A DNA stretch of 64,000 nt from Chrysonvirus as5. Lineage: Duplodnaviria > Heunggongvirae > Uroviricota > Caudoviricetes > Straboviridae. Positions 62,326 through 64,000 of the stretch are shown piece after piece; position 1 is the stretch's first letter, and every line of letters begins with the position of its first letter. The DNA lies in the IMG/VR virus record IMGVR_UViG_650627007_000001, positions 43,172 through 107,171 of that record. The stretch is one strand, 5' to 3'. A program made the position numbers and the translations under genes. The notes below the pieces were generated by a model, which was given only the letters and a program-made list of their open reading frames with translations, made no database searches and had not been told where the DNA came from.

Positions 62326-64000
62326 TCAGAAGTCGAAAAGATCCATCAAGCTGGCTTTCTTCTCAGTCTCCCATCCGATTGCGTTACAGATATTCTCCAA
62401 CGGTTTCAAATAGTGCTTCTGATACATGCCCATATAATCCATGTATTTGTCAAGATCGAGATTGAAATCATCAGGAATCTTTTCACCACTCGGGAATGCC
62501 AAGATTGGTGATTGAATGTGATTCGGCTCTCTCAGATAAACAATCTGGATTTTCTCACCACTTCGAATCATATCGCAATTCAGACGCTCGGCAGTCTTGT
62601 TGTACGCAAGCGCACCCTTGATATGTCCAGGACATCCTTTCAGCGGGACCCAGTTGTGATGATTCTTTTCTATGTTGTTCGCACTAGACACGCTCGCAAG
62701 TTCGCGATAATCGCGCTTTGGATACTCGGCCTTCACTTCCGCAACATAGTCTTGTAGGGCAGCTTCACCTTTAGTAAGGATTAGCTTGATACTCTTCTCA
62801 AGCGATTTGCCAGCAAATACTGGCGTGCTAGAACGTTGAGTTTCGATGCCCATAATTTTCAGCTTCGGAACAACGTTGCCGTGTTCGTCAAGCTTACGTT
62901 TACCTTCTGAGTCCCACACGTTAGCGGCATAACGCTTCTTAGCAGTCCAGAAAGCAGTATCAGCGATGATCTCTCGGTCCATGAACAACTTATGATCGAA
63001 GCAGTTCACATACTCAGCCAGTTCTCGATAGCTCTGGTCGATATACGGCTCGCATTTCTCTTTAGCGAACTTAGACAGAAAATCTACCCAGCGAATTGTC
63101 TCGATGTCACCGACTTGAATGCCTTTCTTAGCAGCCATCAGATTAACGAAACGTTCAAAGGTAAGATAGATTGAGTCGGTATCACCATACACAACATAAT
63201 CAACGTTTTCAGTCTGGCACAGCGCGTTCATGTATTCGTTCATCTTCCGCATGATCCAGCGAATCGCAAACTGACCACTCATGGTAATAGCTTCTGCGTT
63301 TCGAACGTCATAATAACGGAAGTGCTCGTTACCCAATGCACCATAAAGTGAGTTGATCAGTACCTTACGAGCTTGCTGGTTTACGTTCTCCAGCTTTTCC
63401 ATAAAGCGGCAGTAATCAACGACGCCGTTTAGTGATTCGTTACTATAGCCCAACAGATCATCTTTGAACTGTTCGAGTGCTGCACCTTTCATTGACAGAT
63501 CGATTGTCTTTGGATCAAAGAATGCTGGTTTGTCAGCTTCTCCGTTTTCTTTGCGACCAATCAAAATATCGTATGCAACGGTAGCGATTTTGTCCGCGGT
63601 AAATTCTGCGTTCTTCGCTGCTTTACGTTGCAGGAACACTTTCTCGATTTCAGTCGGGATAATACCACGCTTCTCGCGAGTGTATCGCATCCCATTTGCC
63701 GCGAACGAATGACCATTGTGTGGCACTTGCATCTTCTTATCGACAAGTCCGGTACCAAATACATCTGGTACCATGCGATCTTTCACAAAGATAGAAGGCA
63801 TTTCAAACTGGTCAATAATAGTCTCGGGACTAATATTCCAACCCATGATAATGTGCGGATACAGTGATGTCAAGTCGAAACTCAGAATCCAGCGGTAGAA
63901 TGCGGTCACCGGGTCTTTGACATATGCGCCCGCGTACTTCTTCTTGGAAGTGCGCTTGTTCTCTGGTACGACGATTCCTTGAACATGCAGACTGTTATGG
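62326..64000 (-). CDS. 43: family B DNA polymerase, C-terminal part (5' end outside window)
   Basis: SFDLTSLYP, K..INSLYG, YGDTDS, KKRYA, K.MGIET; frame stays open from 63909 to the window edge. Confidence 0.97.
   Translation of the reverse strand, partial: HNSLHVQGIVVPENKRTSKKKYAGAYVKDPVTAFYRWILSFDLTSLYPHIIMGWNISPETIIDQFEMPSIFVKDRMVPDVFGTGLVDKKMQVPHNGHSFAANGMRYTREKRGIIPTEIEKVFLQRKAAKNAEFTADKIATVAYDILIGRKENGEADKPAFFDPKTIDLSMKGAALEQFKDDLLGYSNESLNGVVDYCRFMEKLENVNQQARKVLINSLYGALGNEHFRYYDVRNAEAITMSGQFAIRWIMRKMNEYMNALCQTENVDYVVYGDTDSIYLTFERFVNLMAAKKGIQVGDIETIRWVDFLSKFAKEKCEPYIDQSYRELAEYVNCFDHKLFMDREIIADTAFWTAKKRYAANVWDSEGKRKLDEHGNVVPKLKIMGIETQRSSTPVFAGKSLEKSIKLILTKGEAALQDYVAEVKAEYPKRDYRELASVSSANNIEKNHHNWVPLKGCPGHIKGALAYNKTAERLNCDMIRSGEKIQIVYLREPNHIQSPILAFPSGEKIPDDFNLDLDKYMDYMGMYQKHYLKPLENICNAIGWETEKKASLMDLFDF

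Noticed and set aside
62326-64000. Split 43A/43B polymerase starting at 63909
   Set aside because: Frame is open to the window edge and through the fingers region; the track start is a window artefact
1-64000. tRNA, rRNA or CRISPR arrays
   Set aside because: No cloverleaf with T-loop and CCA, and no regularly spaced repeat-spacer array seen; tRNAscan-SE or ARAGORN would confirm

Overview
Segment of a large T4-like myophage (Straboviridae), about 90 CDS. It most resembles the non-hmC Aeromonas-type T4 relatives; that host assignment is inferred from gene content. Left part (1-21.5 kb, minus strand): pseT, an SLT transglycosylase, i/o-spanins, then a ~13.6 kb accessory island (macrodomain, NadM-Nudix, LemA-like/TPM-like membrane pair, CCA-adding enzyme, tandem paralog arrays), followed by rnlA, denA, td and frd. 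Next is the replication block 32-59-33-dsbA-rnh. The plus-strand late block holds gp34, a giant gp35, TWO gp36/37-type distal fibre genes each with a small downstream gene, lysozyme and a holin. The remainder is minus strand: asiA, 52, ndd, nudE, rIIB, rIIA, CYTH, fused 39/60, MazG-like, an inverted HNH, dexA, dUTPase, 61, 61.1, 41, 40, uvsX and the 3' part of gene 43. No tRNA, rRNA, CRISPR or intron was seen. Most interesting unexplained signals: (i) a 79-nt quasi-palindromic non-coding element present twice, 44 kb apart, each copy with a -10 box and GC hairpins (origin-like or ncRNA); (ii) two alternative distal tail fibres with a protein-identical but silently recoded docking N-terminus, next to a lectin-repeat knee protein; (iii) a LemA+TPM-like membrane pair; (iv) a tRNA-repair plus NAD/ADP-ribose counter-defence kit; (v) promoters embedded in sequence-unrelated hairpins. 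All alignments and counts were done by eye; no database searches were run.
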